DNA of 64,000 nucleotides from Planctomycetota bacterium (GTDB lineage Bacteria; Planctomycetota; UBA8108; SXIK01): NCBI GenBank assembly GCA_965223265.1, contig OZ244999.1, positions 1,216,001 to 1,280,000 of the forward strand, read 5' to 3'. Shown piece by piece: positions 39,634 to 50,711 of this stretch (position 1 is its first letter; each line of letters starts with the position of its first letter). The notes under the pieces were generated by a model. It saw only the letters and a program-made list of their open reading frames with translations, ran no database searches and was not told where the DNA came from. The position numbers and the translations under genes were made by a program.

Positions 39634-41985
39634 ATGAAGCGTTTCTTTTCGTGCCGAGGGGTCTTAATTACCCTCTGCGTCGTCTCTGTCGGCGAGATCG
39701 CTGCTGACGAGGCCGAGCGGTTGACGGAGGTTGCCGCCCAGAACGTCCCGTCGTACGTCGTTCATCGAGTCAAGTCGAGAATCGTCATTGACGGAAGAAT
39801 CGACGAGGAAGACTGGCGACACGCCAAGAGCGTCGGCAACTTTGTGTTCGGGTACTTGAAGAAGGAAACGGGCGATGAGGAACAGACTGTCTTCAAAATA
39901 CTTTGGGACGATACCCAGCTCTATTTCGCAGTGATTTGCGAAGACCGTTCCCTCTTGAGTCGACACACCGATCGTGACGGCCGCATTCCAGAAGATGACA
40001 GTGTGGAAGTCTACATCACACCGAATCCAGAGAAAGCGCATCGTCACTACGCTTTCTATGCGAACGTTCTCGCAGCTCTATACGACGAGAAATTCGCGGC
40101 AGACGGAACCCGAATTCAGAAGGAGGTGTCCGGCAAGATTGAGGGTAGAAAATCATCCTGGGACTCGAAGGGCGTACTCGTCGCGACGAGGTTCGTCGGT
40201 ACGCTGAACAATCACGAGGACACGGATCGTTTCTGGTCCATGGAAATGGCGATTCCGTTCGAGAACTTCGCTGATTCTTTGGCGCGTTTGCCACCGCGGC
40301 CGAACGACGTCTGGAGACTCAACCCGAATCGCCACGCCTACATGCCGGACAAAAGCTGTCTCTACAGTCAGTGGGCGCCCACCATCGCGACCACTGGCTC
40401 GTTTTGGGGTCCCGAGTTGTTCGGCAAGGTGGTCTTCACAGACAGATCAGTTTCCGAGGCGAAGAGGTCGCTGTTGTTTGTTGACTGGCACCACGTCGAA
40501 ACTGGCCGTCTGAAGCCGACCTACGACCCCGAACGCTTGTCGGCGGCAGGCAGAGAGCAACTCGAGAACACGAAGAAGGTTTGGAACATCATTCCAGACT
40601 ACTCCGGTCACGGAATGAAGCGCGTCAAGCTGGCGTACGGAGTGCGCATCCGATGCGAAAAGGCGAGCAAGAGTGAGCCGTGGCTCGAGGCCGATCAACC
40701 CTGGGAGCAGCGCATCGGTGGCTATGTGACCGTGATTCAGGAGGACGGCAAGTACCGCTGCTGGTACGCCGCGACGCTGACAAAAGTGGCGAGAGAACAG
40801 CTGACCGGCCCTGATCTCGACCAAGACCCGCCAGAGACGTTTTTGGCGTACGCCGAAAGTGTCGATAGCGTTCGGTGGGTGAAGCCGGCCATGGGAATCT
40901 ACCATGTCCAAGGCAAACCGACCAATCTACTCACGTTCCATGCGCGTGAGACAGCCATTTTCCGGGATGACTCTGCACCACCCGAGGAGCGTTACAAGTG
41001 CTTCAAGTTTGGTCGACTGCCGGACACCGAGGGCGAGCATCCACGTTACGCACATGGTCTCTACGGTTCCGTGTCGCCGGATGGGTACCACTGGACACCC
41101 CTTCCTGATCCGCTTCTCACCTACTTTCACGACACACAGAACGTCGGCGCTTGGGATCCAGTCCTCAGAAAGTACGTTGGCTACTTCCGTGGCCATCACA
41201 ATGGCCGCGCCATTGGACGCAGCGAAACCGACGACTTTCGCAAGTGGCCGCCGGCGCGTGTCTTTTTCGCTCCGGGGCCGGAGGATTCTCCCTTCGATGA
41301 TTACTACACCAATGGATTCACTTTCTATCCCGGCGATCCCACGGTGCGTCTTCTCTTTCCCGCGATCTACCATCATGACACCGACCAGCTCGATATCCGT
41401 TTGGCGGTCAGTCGAGACAACTACGCCTGGAACTGGGTCTCCCATGAACCGATCATCGACATCGGGAACCCCGGCGAGTGGGACTGCGGCAGTCTTTACG
41501 CCGGCCCCAACCTTGTGCGACTGCCGGACGGCCGACTGGCGCTGCCGATTTCCGGAGCCCAGCAGACGCACAACGAGAGCTTCGATGTCTACGAAGACAT
41601 GCAGGGCAGAGAGTTTCAAACTGCTTGGGCGATGTGGGAAGACGGTCGTCTGGCGGGAATCGAAGCATCCGAGCGCGGAGAGTTCTGGGTACCTTTAGAG
41701 GTCTTCGATGGGGACCGACTGACCATCAACGCGCGCACGAGTCGAGTTGGAAAAGTTGAGGTTGCCCTCCACGCGCCGTACGGTCGACGCACGACTCAAC
41801 CGATTCCAGGGTACACGTTCGCGGAGTGCGTCGCTTTCAACGGCGACGCAACGGCGGCTCCACTCGAGTGGAAAGGCGGCAATCTGGCGGAGCTGCGCGG
41901 CAAGAAACTCTTTTTACACTTTCGTCTGAGCAGCGCGAAGGTGTTTGGAGTGCGTGTCGACTCCACGGAGGTTCTCGATCGTTGA
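39634..41985 (+). CDS. Secreted CBM9-like domain fused to five-bladed beta-propeller glycoside hydrolase-like domain
   Basis: IDGRIDEEDW, LWDDTQLYFA, DSVEVYI, WSMEMAIPF; then YAESVD..W.KP, SPDGYHW, DTQN, SETDDFRKW, GEWDCG. Confidence 0.75.
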   Translation: MKRFFSCRGVLITLCVVSVGEIAADEAERLTEVAAQNVPSYVVHRVKSRIVIDGRIDEEDWRHAKSVGNFVFGYLKKETGDEEQTVFKILWDDTQLYFAVICEDRSLLSRHTDRDGRIPEDDSVEVYITPNPEKAHRHYAFYANVLAALYDEKFAADGTRIQKEVSGKIEGRKSSWDSKGVLVATRFVGTLNNHEDTDRFWSMEMAIPFENFADSLARLPPRPNDVWRLNPNRHAYMPDKSCLYSQWAPTIATTGSFWGPELFGKVVFTDRSVSEAKRSLLFVDWHHVETGRLKPTYDPERLSAAGREQLENTKKVWNIIPDYSGHGMKRVKLAYGVRIRCEKASKSEPWLEADQPWEQRIGGYVTVIQEDGKYRCWYAATLTKVAREQLTGPDLDQDPPETFLAYAESVDSVRWVKPAMGIYHVQGKPTNLLTFHARETAIFRDDSAPPEERYKCFKFGRLPDTEGEHPRYAHGLYGSVSPDGYHWTPLPDPLLTYFHDTQNVGAWDPVLRKYVGYFRGHHNGRAIGRSETDDFRKWPPARVFFAPGPEDSPFDDYYTNGFTFYPGDPTVRLLFPAIYHHDTDQLDIRLAVSRDNYAWNWVSHEPIIDIGNPGEWDCGSLYAGPNLVRLPDGRLALPISGAQQTHNESFDVYEDMQGREFQTAWAMWEDGRLAGIEASERGEFWVPLEVFDGDRLTINARTSRVGKVEVALHAPYGRRTTQPIPGYTFAECVAFNGDATAAPLEWKGGNLAELRGKKLFLHFRLSSAKVFGVRVDSTEVLDR

Positions 41986-42082
41986 AGTTTCGATCGACTT
42001 TGCTCGTACGGATGCGTCAGCCGGTAACTGCGGTCTGCGCGGAAGCGGGCATCGCTTTCTGCAGAATACATAGGTCACGGTC

Positions 42083-43030
42083 TTATCCGACCGCCTCCAG
42101 CGCTCCCTCGAGGTAGCTGCGAAACGCGGCGGGGGTGTGAATCAACCCTTGGATTTCCATCGACGGCAGGCGGTATGGGTTGGACGCGCGGGTGATGTAA
42201 CGTGCGCCGTGCGGCGGACCGCCGTCGGCCTCGTCAGGCCCGTCGACCCCAGCGAGCTCGGCGTAGCGCATCGACACGCCGTCGACTTGATACATGTTTC
42301 CAATGATCCATAGTCGGCCGAAGCGGTAGCGTTCCATGACAGCCTTCTCCGCCGTACTGCTCCAGCTCGTCCCCGTGAAGGCGAAGTCTCGCGGTTTGAC
42401 TCCGAGGCGCCGCTCGATGGTGGCATCGCACTCTGCGAGCTCAGCACGCACTTTCTCTCCGCTCGGATCCTCCTGGCTAAGGCTGGAGAGGTTCGGATGA
42501 TTCACCGTGTGAGCGCCGATATGCCATCCGGCAGCTACCAATTCGCCGACCTCGTCCCAGGTCATGAACTCCCTTTCGGCACGATCTGGGATGGGCCCAT
42601 CGTGCATCGCCTCGATTCCGGCGGTGTTGATGAACAAGTTGCCGTGATAGCCGTAGCGGTTGAGCGCGTCGAACACCTCGTAGCGCATCGACGTGACGGG
42701 GTGATCGAAGTCGAACATGATCGGGCGCGGAGGCAATTCGCTCGTTCCATGCCACCATCCGGCGAGATCGTCGTAGTCGATGGATGCGAAACCCAGCTCA
42801 CTTGCGATGGCGACCAAAAGATCGAGATAATCCGCTGTCAAAGGTTTGTCTCCCTGCGAACGGATGCCGTGGCACATGGTGATGGGTATGCGCATCGATC
42901 CGGCGCGCGCGTGAGGTTCGCGTTGCGCGGTTGTTCCGCAGGCGGCAATCATCCCCGACGCGGCGACTGCGCCCGCTGAACGGACCAGAAAGTCTCTGCG
43001 GCTGACCTCGTCTCTTCTGTTTGCTTCCAC
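42083..43030 (-). CDS. Tat-exported polysaccharide deacetylase (NodB-like)
   Basis: SRRDFL, IMFDFDH, MTWDEV, IGAHTVNHPNL; probable GTG start at 43030. Confidence 0.8.
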   Translation of the reverse strand: MEANRRDEVSRRDFLVRSAGAVAASGMIAACGTTAQREPHARAGSMRIPITMCHGIRSQGDKPLTADYLDLLVAIASELGFASIDYDDLAGWWHGTSELPPRPIMFDFDHPVTSMRYEVFDALNRYGYHGNLFINTAGIEAMHDGPIPDRAEREFMTWDEVGELVAAGWHIGAHTVNHPNLSSLSQEDPSGEKVRAELAECDATIERRLGVKPRDFAFTGTSWSSTAEKAVMERYRFGRLWIIGNMYQVDGVSMRYAELAGVDGPDEADGGPPHGARYITRASNPYRLPSMEIQGLIHTPAAFRSYLEGALEAVG

Positions 43031-43202
43031 CGTTTTCTCACCTTCGTTCAAGGGGCCGATGCAGTTGAACACGACTCTGCTCTGAGATTCGCACGTAGAT
43101 TCTATCGATCGAACGATCTACGATCGAGGTGGCAATATGACACCCGAGGTCGGGAATCAAAGAGACGGTATGTTCAACTCAAGCAAACCCTCCAGGCTGG
43201 AG

Positions 43203-44591
43203 ATGACGCTCCGGTCGATCGTCGCAGCGGCTTTGTTGTCGTCATGGACCGTTCACGCCGCGGAACGGGAAGCGGGCGATGCTGCGGATCGCCCCAACGT
43301 TCTGATGATCGCGGTGGATGACCTCAACGACTTCCCAACCTTCGCCCGGCGCTATCCCGACGCCAAGACTCCAAACATGGACCGCCTCGCAGCCCGCGGC
43401 CTGGCGTTCACTAAGGCGCATTGCCAGTTTCCGCTCTGTGGGCCGTCCCGCGCGAGCATTTTCTCTGGTCTGCTCCCGTCAACTCTGGGTTACGACCATC
43501 ACATGGAAGATGATGATCTACAACAGCGTGCGCGTGAAAAGGGGACGGAGCTGCTTCATACTTATTTCAGCGCACGCGGTTACAAGACGATGGCCGTCGG
43601 CAAGATCTGTCACCGTCACGTGCCGAGTGGGAGCGTTGAAGCGTCGGGTGGGCGCGGCAGCTTTCACGCCAGTACCGGCAAACTGGGGCGGAACTGGTCC
43701 GAGAGGGGAACCAGTACTGACTGGGCCAAGGAGCCGGAAAGGGATGAGTTGTTGCCGGATCACGCCGCCGCACAGTGGGCCGCCGAGCAGCTCCAGGCCG
43801 ACCATGACCAACCGTTCTTTCTCATGGTTGGCTTCCTACGCCCGCACGTCCCGTGGTACGTACCGAAGAAATGGTTTGATCTCTACGACAAGGAGAAGCT
43901 GACGCTGCCGCCGTACAAGGCGGACGACTTAGATGACGTACCCGACATGGCAAAGAGGATCAGCATCCTCCAAAAGATGCCCCGCACCGACTGGGCCATC
44001 GAGAACAACCAGTGGCGAAATATCGTCCACGCCTACCTCGCCTGCATTAGCTTCACCGATCACCAGATCGGCAAGGTGCTTGGTGCGCTTGATGAGAGCC
44101 GCTACAAGGACAACACCGTCATCGTGCTGTGGTCCGATCATGGCTACCACATGGGAGAGAAAAACACGTTTCAGAAGCAATCGCTTTGGGAACGCTCGTC
44201 TCACGTGCCCTTACTGATTGCGGTTCCTGGGCAGAAAGGCGGACGCCGGTGCGACCGAATCGTCAGTCTGCTGGACATGTATCCCACCCTTTTGGAGCTG
44301 TGCGACCTGCCGGCCAACCCGACGAACGAAGGGCGCAGTCTGGTGCCACTACTCGGGGACCCGCAGCAGGAGTGGCCCTATCCAGCGATCGTCGGCTGGA
44401 AAGAGAACAGCTTCGCCGTCCAAGACGAACGCTACCGCTACATTCGCTACGGCGATGGCAGCGAAGAGCTGTACGACCATCACGACGACCCGAACGAATG
44501 GACGAACCTTGCGAGACGACCGGACCTGCGCGGGATCAAACGGAAGATGGCGGCGTTCGTCAAGGGCGCGCGAGTCGGGCTACCACGATGA
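43203..44591 (+). CDS. Sulfatase (iduronate/choline sulfatase-like)
   Basis: PNVLMIAVDDL, CGPSRAS (CxPxR), RPHVP, WSDHG. Confidence 0.93.
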   Translation: MTLRSIVAAALLSSWTVHAAEREAGDAADRPNVLMIAVDDLNDFPTFARRYPDAKTPNMDRLAARGLAFTKAHCQFPLCGPSRASIFSGLLPSTLGYDHHMEDDDLQQRAREKGTELLHTYFSARGYKTMAVGKICHRHVPSGSVEASGGRGSFHASTGKLGRNWSERGTSTDWAKEPERDELLPDHAAAQWAAEQLQADHDQPFFLMVGFLRPHVPWYVPKKWFDLYDKEKLTLPPYKADDLDDVPDMAKRISILQKMPRTDWAIENNQWRNIVHAYLACISFTDHQIGKVLGALDESRYKDNTVIVLWSDHGYHMGEKNTFQKQSLWERSSHVPLLIAVPGQKGGRRCDRIVSLLDMYPTLLELCDLPANPTNEGRSLVPLLGDPQQEWPYPAIVGWKENSFAVQDERYRYIRYGDGSEELYDHHDDPNEWTNLARRPDLRGIKRKMAAFVKGARVGLPR

Positions 44592-44803
44592 GGACCAGCG
44601 AGCGTCTGCGCATCGACTGGTTGAGCAACCGGCGGGCCGACTTCGAGGGCGCCGTGTCGTGGCGACCTACTGCTGGAGCCGTCGGTGTCGATCATTGGAA
44701 TTAAGCATATAAGATAGTTTACAACCGATAGGTAGTGAACACAAGCCGACGTGAATGAGGCTCTTGCCCAAGTTCCGATCTTCCGTTCCGCATCGCGCAG
44801 ATC

Positions 44804-45090
44804 TTGCAGGGTGCTCTCAAGCTCATCCTGGAGCCGATTTTCGAGGCTGACTTTCAACCAGGATCGTTTGGATACCGACCAAAGCGGACACTCACCAAGC
44901 GGTGCGCCGGGTTGCCATCGGACTCGCTCACGGCAAGACGCAGATTATCGATTTGGACCTCCGCGCCTACTTTGACAGCGTGAGGCATCACGTTCTGCTG
45001 GAGAAGGTCGCGAAGCGAATCCAGGACGACGAAGTTCTGCGGCTCCTCAGGTTGATTCTGAAAGGAAGCGGCAAGAAGGGCGTTCCACAG
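44804..45090 (+). pseudogene. Group II intron reverse transcriptase/maturase fragment, frameshifted
   Basis: QGALKLILEPIFEADFQPGSFGYRPKRT, frameshift near 44890, then HQAV...IIDLDLRAYFDSVRH...GKKGVPQ; it stops before YADD. Confidence 0.85.
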
Positions 45091-45551
45091 AAACAACTCT
45101 TTACCAAATGCGCGAACTGTAAAGAGTCCGAACGTCGGTGAGGAGCCCTCGCCCGCAGAGCCCCTCGGACGTTCTGATTCTACGCGAGAACGCTCGGTCT
45201 GACCGCGAGATTCTCGTTGGTTGATGCGGTCACAGGTGGCGACCCATGAGCGCTTCCCCAGTTCTGGGCCTGAGAGTCGTCCTCGGGCACCCGCGATCGG
45301 CGGGGTCGACGCTCTCCATGCCTCGGTCTAACCTAACGCTAAGTCGTCGTCAGAAAACAGCCGACCTGCTTCGCATCCCCGCTTCATGCCATCCTCACGC
45401 CATCTTCGCGAGTGCCTCAGTCGCGAATTCTTCGAAGTAGAAGGACTACGTCTACGGATTCGCTCCATCGTTGCTACCGAGACCGACGCAAAGCTGAGCG
45501 CGATCAGGCCAGTCATCTACTGACGCCTCCTAGGGAAAGCCTCGGTCGTAC

Positions 45552-46823
45552 TCAGCCATGACCACCAACCGGCGCATGCCGGAGTTTCGCGAGGTCTTTT
45601 GTGCGCACCTTGAGCACCTCCACTGTCTGCTTCGCCCCCGAAAAGGCGATGAGCAGAAAATCCTCGTGCTCGAGGGCGTGGGGATAGTCGATGCGGCGGC
45701 CGCCGACGAGGTAGCCCATGGTGTGGAAGACCATGCCGTCGTCGCTGAGCGCAATCGTCATCGGATCGCGTTTGCTCGGTCGGGGGTTCGAGATCAGGAC
45801 GTAGCGGCCATCGCGCAGGCGCAAACCGAAGAACTTCGACGTGGCGTCCGGAAAGTTCGTGCGCACTGGACGACTCCAAGAGCGACCGTCGTCGATCGAG
45901 AAAGAGCGGTAGATGGACCCACTCTTGCGATTGTCACGAAAGAACGCTGCCAGCTCACCGCCAGGAAGCGTCCACCAAAACGGCTCTTCAGCGGCGAGCT
46001 CGCTGCCGGAGCCGAGAACAGCGAAGGAATTCCATGCGTCGATGGAGCGGGTGCCACCGACCAGGAAGTGGACGCCGACGGATTCGTAGTCGTGCGTGCG
46101 GCGCGACATCAGCCACTCTCCAGTCGCGAGCTTTTGCGGTGGGTAGTTGTTGATGGTGTCGTCGAAGACGACGCCGACGTCCTGCCAGTGACCGCCCGCT
46201 TGAAGGTGGAAGGCGCGAAGTTCGAGACTGGGACCGAAGAAGCCCGCTGCCTCGTCGAGTGAGGCGAGCGCGAGAAGGTCGCGATCGCGCTGCCAGAACC
46301 CTCGCGCAATGTAGCGCAGGCCTTGATCGCTCCGCGTGCCATGGTGAGGATTCTCCGGCCCCGACCTCGGAGGCGGTGGTGTCAGAAACTGGGGCGCGCC
46401 CCAGTTCAAGCCGTCGGAGCTGGTGGCGAATCTCACGCGTTGGCCAACCCGGTCCTCGACGCCCGGACCATCGCTCCACATGATCCAGAACTTGCCTTGG
46501 TGGTGGACAAGATAGTTGTGCTGGTTGACGCCGCCGCTCTGTTTGTCGACTTGCGAGAGCTTCGCTTCACTCGGCGGCCGACTACGGTCGCCGCGCACAT
46601 CGCTCACGAGGGCGTACTGAGATGGAACACGCGGCAGCCCATCGAAGTCGATAGTGTGCGAGTCGTCTGGGACCCAGGGACCACGCAGCATGAGCGCGGA
46701 CTCGGGGTTGTGTGCGGGGTCGGGCCGGCTGAGGTCGAAACCTCCTCCGCCGAGGTGAGGTCGGTCGCAAGACGCGACGACCAGTGTCAAAAGAGTTGCG
46801 GACAACGCGGACACTTTCGCCAT
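45552..46823 (-). CDS. BNR/Asp-box sialidase-like lipoprotein
   Basis: VVASC lipobox; Asp-boxes SSDGLNW, SIDDGRSW, SDDGMVF. Confidence 0.82.
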   Translation of the reverse strand: MAKVSALSATLLTLVVASCDRPHLGGGGFDLSRPDPAHNPESALMLRGPWVPDDSHTIDFDGLPRVPSQYALVSDVRGDRSRPPSEAKLSQVDKQSGGVNQHNYLVHHQGKFWIMWSDGPGVEDRVGQRVRFATSSDGLNWGAPQFLTPPPPRSGPENPHHGTRSDQGLRYIARGFWQRDRDLLALASLDEAAGFFGPSLELRAFHLQAGGHWQDVGVVFDDTINNYPPQKLATGEWLMSRRTHDYESVGVHFLVGGTRSIDAWNSFAVLGSGSELAAEEPFWWTLPGGELAAFFRDNRKSGSIYRSFSIDDGRSWSRPVRTNFPDATSKFFGLRLRDGRYVLISNPRPSKRDPMTIALSDDGMVFHTMGYLVGGRRIDYPHALEHEDFLLIAFSGAKQTVEVLKVRTKDLAKLRHAPVGGHG

Positions 46824-47215
46824 AAGGGATCTCGCGATCAACGTGAGAAGTCGGAGTGGACGTGGAGCAGCTTTCGCATTGGACAGCCATGACGATCTGA
46901 TCGTTCAGTGCGACAGGACAGGACGAAACGTTACCGGGATCGAGTGCGTGAGTCGACCGTTGTGACCGCTTTTTCGACGGGAGCGCTTCTTCGGTGGCGT
47001 TCGCACAGTGTTGCTTCGGTGTTCTCAACGCTACGCCCAGAGTGGGCGCCTCCATTGCGACTCGAACACTTCTCAGACGGCGTTCGACCGAACTGCGCCA
47101 TTTCGTCGACGCTGAACGCGTTTTCCGATGAGCATACTTCGGCTACAATCAGAATCGAAGGTTTTTGACGTGTTTCGTTGAACGGCGGCTCGATGAAGTT
47201 CGACTTTGTTTGACA

Positions 47216-48106
47216 ATGAACGACCGCCCTGAAGGAGACGACGTGTCCTCGGAACCGCCCGCTCATGCAGATGACTTCAGCGCCAAGCTCGGTTTTCCGG
47301 CGCCCGAACCGTTGGTTCGCTTATTGCGGTTCGTTCAGCTTGAAGCCGCCAACTCCGAGGATGATTGGGAGTCTTGGTTCGAGAGCGTCACCGGTCTCCT
47401 TGCCGTTGGCCAAGAGGATCGATACGGGCGAACACCACCTGAGCTCTTTCCGTTCGGGAACACCGGTTGCGACGGCATCCACCTCGGCTACGTGATTCAC
47501 GACGAGCGCATCGCCGACGATTTCCCTGTCGGGCAAATGTGCCCCATGGACCACGAAGGCGTCACATCGATCGGAAGCGACACCCGCGACGCATTCCTGA
47601 ACATCTTTTCGAACCAATTGATCGAGATCACGGATGATGAACCCAGCGAGCGCGAGATCATTCGTGATCGCATCAGACGAGCTTCCCGCGTGCTAGACAT
47701 CGAGCCCGATCCGTCGAAGGCTTGGCCCATAGATTTTGGATTCGAGCTGTATGATAAGACGAGCTTTCCGAGCGTCGATCAATCGACACCGGAGGGCTGG
47801 GTGTGCCTGCCGACACTCGACAGATTGGGAGTGCTGGCGCCCGAGTGGACCGCGCACCCAGCACACTGCGGTCAGGCGGGTCGCGTTGAAGCGTACCACG
47901 AGCGGGTCGTGCTAGACGAGTGCCTCAAGGACTCGGACAAGTGGCTTGCGGCCGGTTATCCGGCATCGGCCCTGGTGGCTCTGCGCAACGCGTTGATGTT
48001 CGATCCCGATCCTTCGCTCTTCGATCGTCTCGCTAAAGTTTACGAACAGCTCGATCGGCCACGCCACGTCCAGGTCGTCGAATTCATGTCCCGCCGGTTT
48101 GGCTGA
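47216..48106 (+). CDS. Hypothetical acidic protein (possible SUKH/HPF1-like fold)
   Basis: Long ORF with coding-like composition; motif TPPELFPFGNTGCDGIHLGY. The start is uncertain. Confidence 0.6.
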   Translation: MNDRPEGDDVSSEPPAHADDFSAKLGFPAPEPLVRLLRFVQLEAANSEDDWESWFESVTGLLAVGQEDRYGRTPPELFPFGNTGCDGIHLGYVIHDERIADDFPVGQMCPMDHEGVTSIGSDTRDAFLNIFSNQLIEITDDEPSEREIIRDRIRRASRVLDIEPDPSKAWPIDFGFELYDKTSFPSVDQSTPEGWVCLPTLDRLGVLAPEWTAHPAHCGQAGRVEAYHERVVLDECLKDSDKWLAAGYPASALVALRNALMFDPDPSLFDRLAKVYEQLDRPRHVQVVEFMSRRFG

Positions 48107-48233
48107 AAGGGCCAGTTCGACGAGGATAGTGGCCGTCAAAGTCGATGAAGAGTCGGGAGCCAAGATTCATGTGATCTATACGCCAGTCGCGCGGGGTGAG
48201 CGCAAGTCGTGTCTTTCAACGGGAGAGCGGATC

Positions 48234-50597
48234 GTGAGGAAACTAGCTGCAGCGATCATTGTGCTGTTGACTGCACCTTCGGTGTGCATGGCGTCGACCA
48301 TCGTGATCGTTCGTGACGGACAGGCGGGCGCTGTGATCGTGACCGCGTCCGAGCCGACACCTTCGGCCGAGCGGGCGTCCCGGGAGCTACAGCACTTTGT
48401 GGAGCGGATGTCGGGAGCACAGCTGCCGATCTACGCCGGCGTCGACGCCATACCGCCCGAGACGCGGGTGGCACCGAGGCTTCTGGTCGGACGCTCCGCC
48501 GCGGTTGAACAGCTCGATGTGGAAGTTCCCGCGCTCGACGACCTGGACCACAGCCGTGAGGGATTCGTTCTCAAGACCGTGGCGAGCTCATTGGTGATCG
48601 CCGGCAACGAGACGGGTCCTTACCGCGGCACGGAGTATGCCGTCTACGAGCTCTTGGAGCGTCTGGGCTGCGGCTGGTTTTTCCCCGGCCCGTTTGGCGA
48701 GGTCGTGCCCGAGAAAAAGACCATCGCGATCCCCGCACTCGACGAGACGCAGCGCCCCTCGTTCATCATGCGCAACATTTGGTCCGACGGCCTGACTGCG
48801 CAGCCCGTGGGTTTCAGTGAATGGCTCACTCGCAACAAGGGTACGGTGCGGCGCTTCTTCGGTTTTCCCAGCGACGGGTCGATCCATAGGCTGGTGCCTC
48901 CCGAGAAGTACGCCAAGGTCTCTCCCGAGATCTACGCCATGGGCGACGACGGCCAGCGCAGGTTGGGGGGCGTTTCGCACAAGGTGATGATCTGTCCGAG
49001 TAGTGCCAAGCTCGTCGAGATCGCGGCGGAAGGCATCTGCCAATACTTCCGTGACAACCCGGAAGCGAACAGCTTCGGATTTAACATCCCCGACAACGAC
49101 CGTGGCTGCCGGTGCGAGGAGTGCCGAGCGCGGAATCACGGTTTCGTGATCGACACGACGCACGTGGAGTCGATCTCGGACCCGTACTATAACTTCGTGA
49201 ACAATCTCGCCCACGCAGTGAACAAGGTCTTCCCTGATCGATACATCGTCATCCTGGCGTACTCACGCGCGCTGCTTCCCCCCGAAGGGCTCGACAGACC
49301 CTGGAACAAAAACATCATCGCGATGCTTGCTCGCCTACGTATGTCCAGCACCAAACCGATGGATGACCCAAGCGACATCCTGTCTCGGCGCCATCTGCGG
49401 ACGCTGAAGGCCTGGGCGCGGATCTGCCCTAAATTGATGGTCTACGACTACGATTCGCTGGCCGATCTCACTTCGATGCCTTTTTGGACCGTGAGCGCGA
49501 TTCGGGAGAACATGCGGATCTACAAGGCGCACAACGTCATCGGATTTGCCACTGAAGGAATGCTGATCTCCCTGCGCACCGGGCTCAACCACTACATCAG
49601 AGCCAGACTGATGTGGGATGCCGAAGCCGACGTGGACGCCTTGCTGGAAGACTTCTACCGCAAGTTCTTCGGTCCCGCCGCCGCCCCGATGCGGGCTTTC
49701 TTCGAGGGCATTCAGGGGATGATGGCCACCTCGAAGGACCATGTCACGTTCAGCCATACCTACTACGACTGGACCCTGATCTATCCGCCGGCGAAAGTTC
49801 AGGCGCTGGGGGTGTACCTCGGCAGTGCGGAGCAGCTCGTCGACAGTGAGACGCTGAAAAAGCGAGTGCGAGCGTTTCGGGCTCTCCACGACTTCATGGT
49901 GACCTATCTGAGCGTTCAGGACCTACGCGCCGGAGGAAGGTACGCGGAGGCGCTGGCGGCGGTCGATGCGTTGGCAGAGCCCGTGCGCGTGGCGGACGAG
50001 ATTCAGCCCGGGTTGCTACCGACTCTTGTTGAGCCATACCGTCAGAGCAAAGGTGTCTCCCGCCTGCGGCAGGACCTCATCGCATTGACTGGCCGCTCTG
50101 GGGGAGAGATGGGGCGACGCCTCGCACTTGCACCTCCCGAAGCACAGTTTCGCATCGATCCCCACGACGAAGGTTACTACGAACAGTGGCAGCGCGAGGA
50201 GGTAGCCGACACCTTGAAGTGGAACACGATCTCGCTGCGCCACGACTGGACGCAGCAGGGATACATGGACGAGCAGGGACGTGGCTACATGGGACTCGCA
50301 TGGTATCGGTACGCTGTCCCGATTCCGGCGCTCGAGGACGGCGAGCGTGCTTACTTGTATGCGCCGACGGGTACGCGCGGGCAACCAGCAATCAACTCGG
50401 AGGAGCTGTGGTGCTGGGTCAACGGCCAACTCGTCTGGTCGCCAACCGACGACTCAGAAGGCGTCGATATCGACATCACGCCGTGGGTAAGACCAGGCGA
50501 GAAGAACCGTTTCATCTGGCGCATGCGAGGCTCCTACAACCGCACGCAGCACAGCGGTATCATGGCCCGTCCTCTGGTCTGGGCCGCCAAGAAGTAG
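48234..50597 (+). CDS. Secreted DUF4838-family protein with C-terminal beta-sandwich
   Basis: GH20/67-like N-domain (GTEYAVYELLERLGCGW), PEIYAM, CRCEEC, LAY, ARLMWD, FFGPAAAPM, GLAWYR. Confidence 0.82.
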   Translation: MRKLAAAIIVLLTAPSVCMASTIVIVRDGQAGAVIVTASEPTPSAERASRELQHFVERMSGAQLPIYAGVDAIPPETRVAPRLLVGRSAAVEQLDVEVPALDDLDHSREGFVLKTVASSLVIAGNETGPYRGTEYAVYELLERLGCGWFFPGPFGEVVPEKKTIAIPALDETQRPSFIMRNIWSDGLTAQPVGFSEWLTRNKGTVRRFFGFPSDGSIHRLVPPEKYAKVSPEIYAMGDDGQRRLGGVSHKVMICPSSAKLVEIAAEGICQYFRDNPEANSFGFNIPDNDRGCRCEECRARNHGFVIDTTHVESISDPYYNFVNNLAHAVNKVFPDRYIVILAYSRALLPPEGLDRPWNKNIIAMLARLRMSSTKPMDDPSDILSRRHLRTLKAWARICPKLMVYDYDSLADLTSMPFWTVSAIRENMRIYKAHNVIGFATEGMLISLRTGLNHYIRARLMWDAEADVDALLEDFYRKFFGPAAAPMRAFFEGIQGMMATSKDHVTFSHTYYDWTLIYPPAKVQALGVYLGSAEQLVDSETLKKRVRAFRALHDFMVTYLSVQDLRAGGRYAEALAAVDALAEPVRVADEIQPGLLPTLVEPYRQSKGVSRLRQDLIALTGRSGGEMGRRLALAPPEAQFRIDPHDEGYYEQWQREEVADTLKWNTISLRHDWTQQGYMDEQGRGYMGLAWYRYAVPIPALEDGERAYLYAPTGTRGQPAINSEELWCWVNGQLVWSPTDDSEGVDIDITPWVRPGEKNRFIWRMRGSYNRTQHSGIMARPLVWAAKK

Positions 50598-50711
50598 GCG
50601 GCGACTGGCGTACGCAGATCCAAACCTACACGAATGTGAATCGCGGCGAGCAAGAAGCGCGACGAGTGATTCAGTCGCGGCGTCTCGCGACGCCGCAGGA
50701 GAGGAAATACC

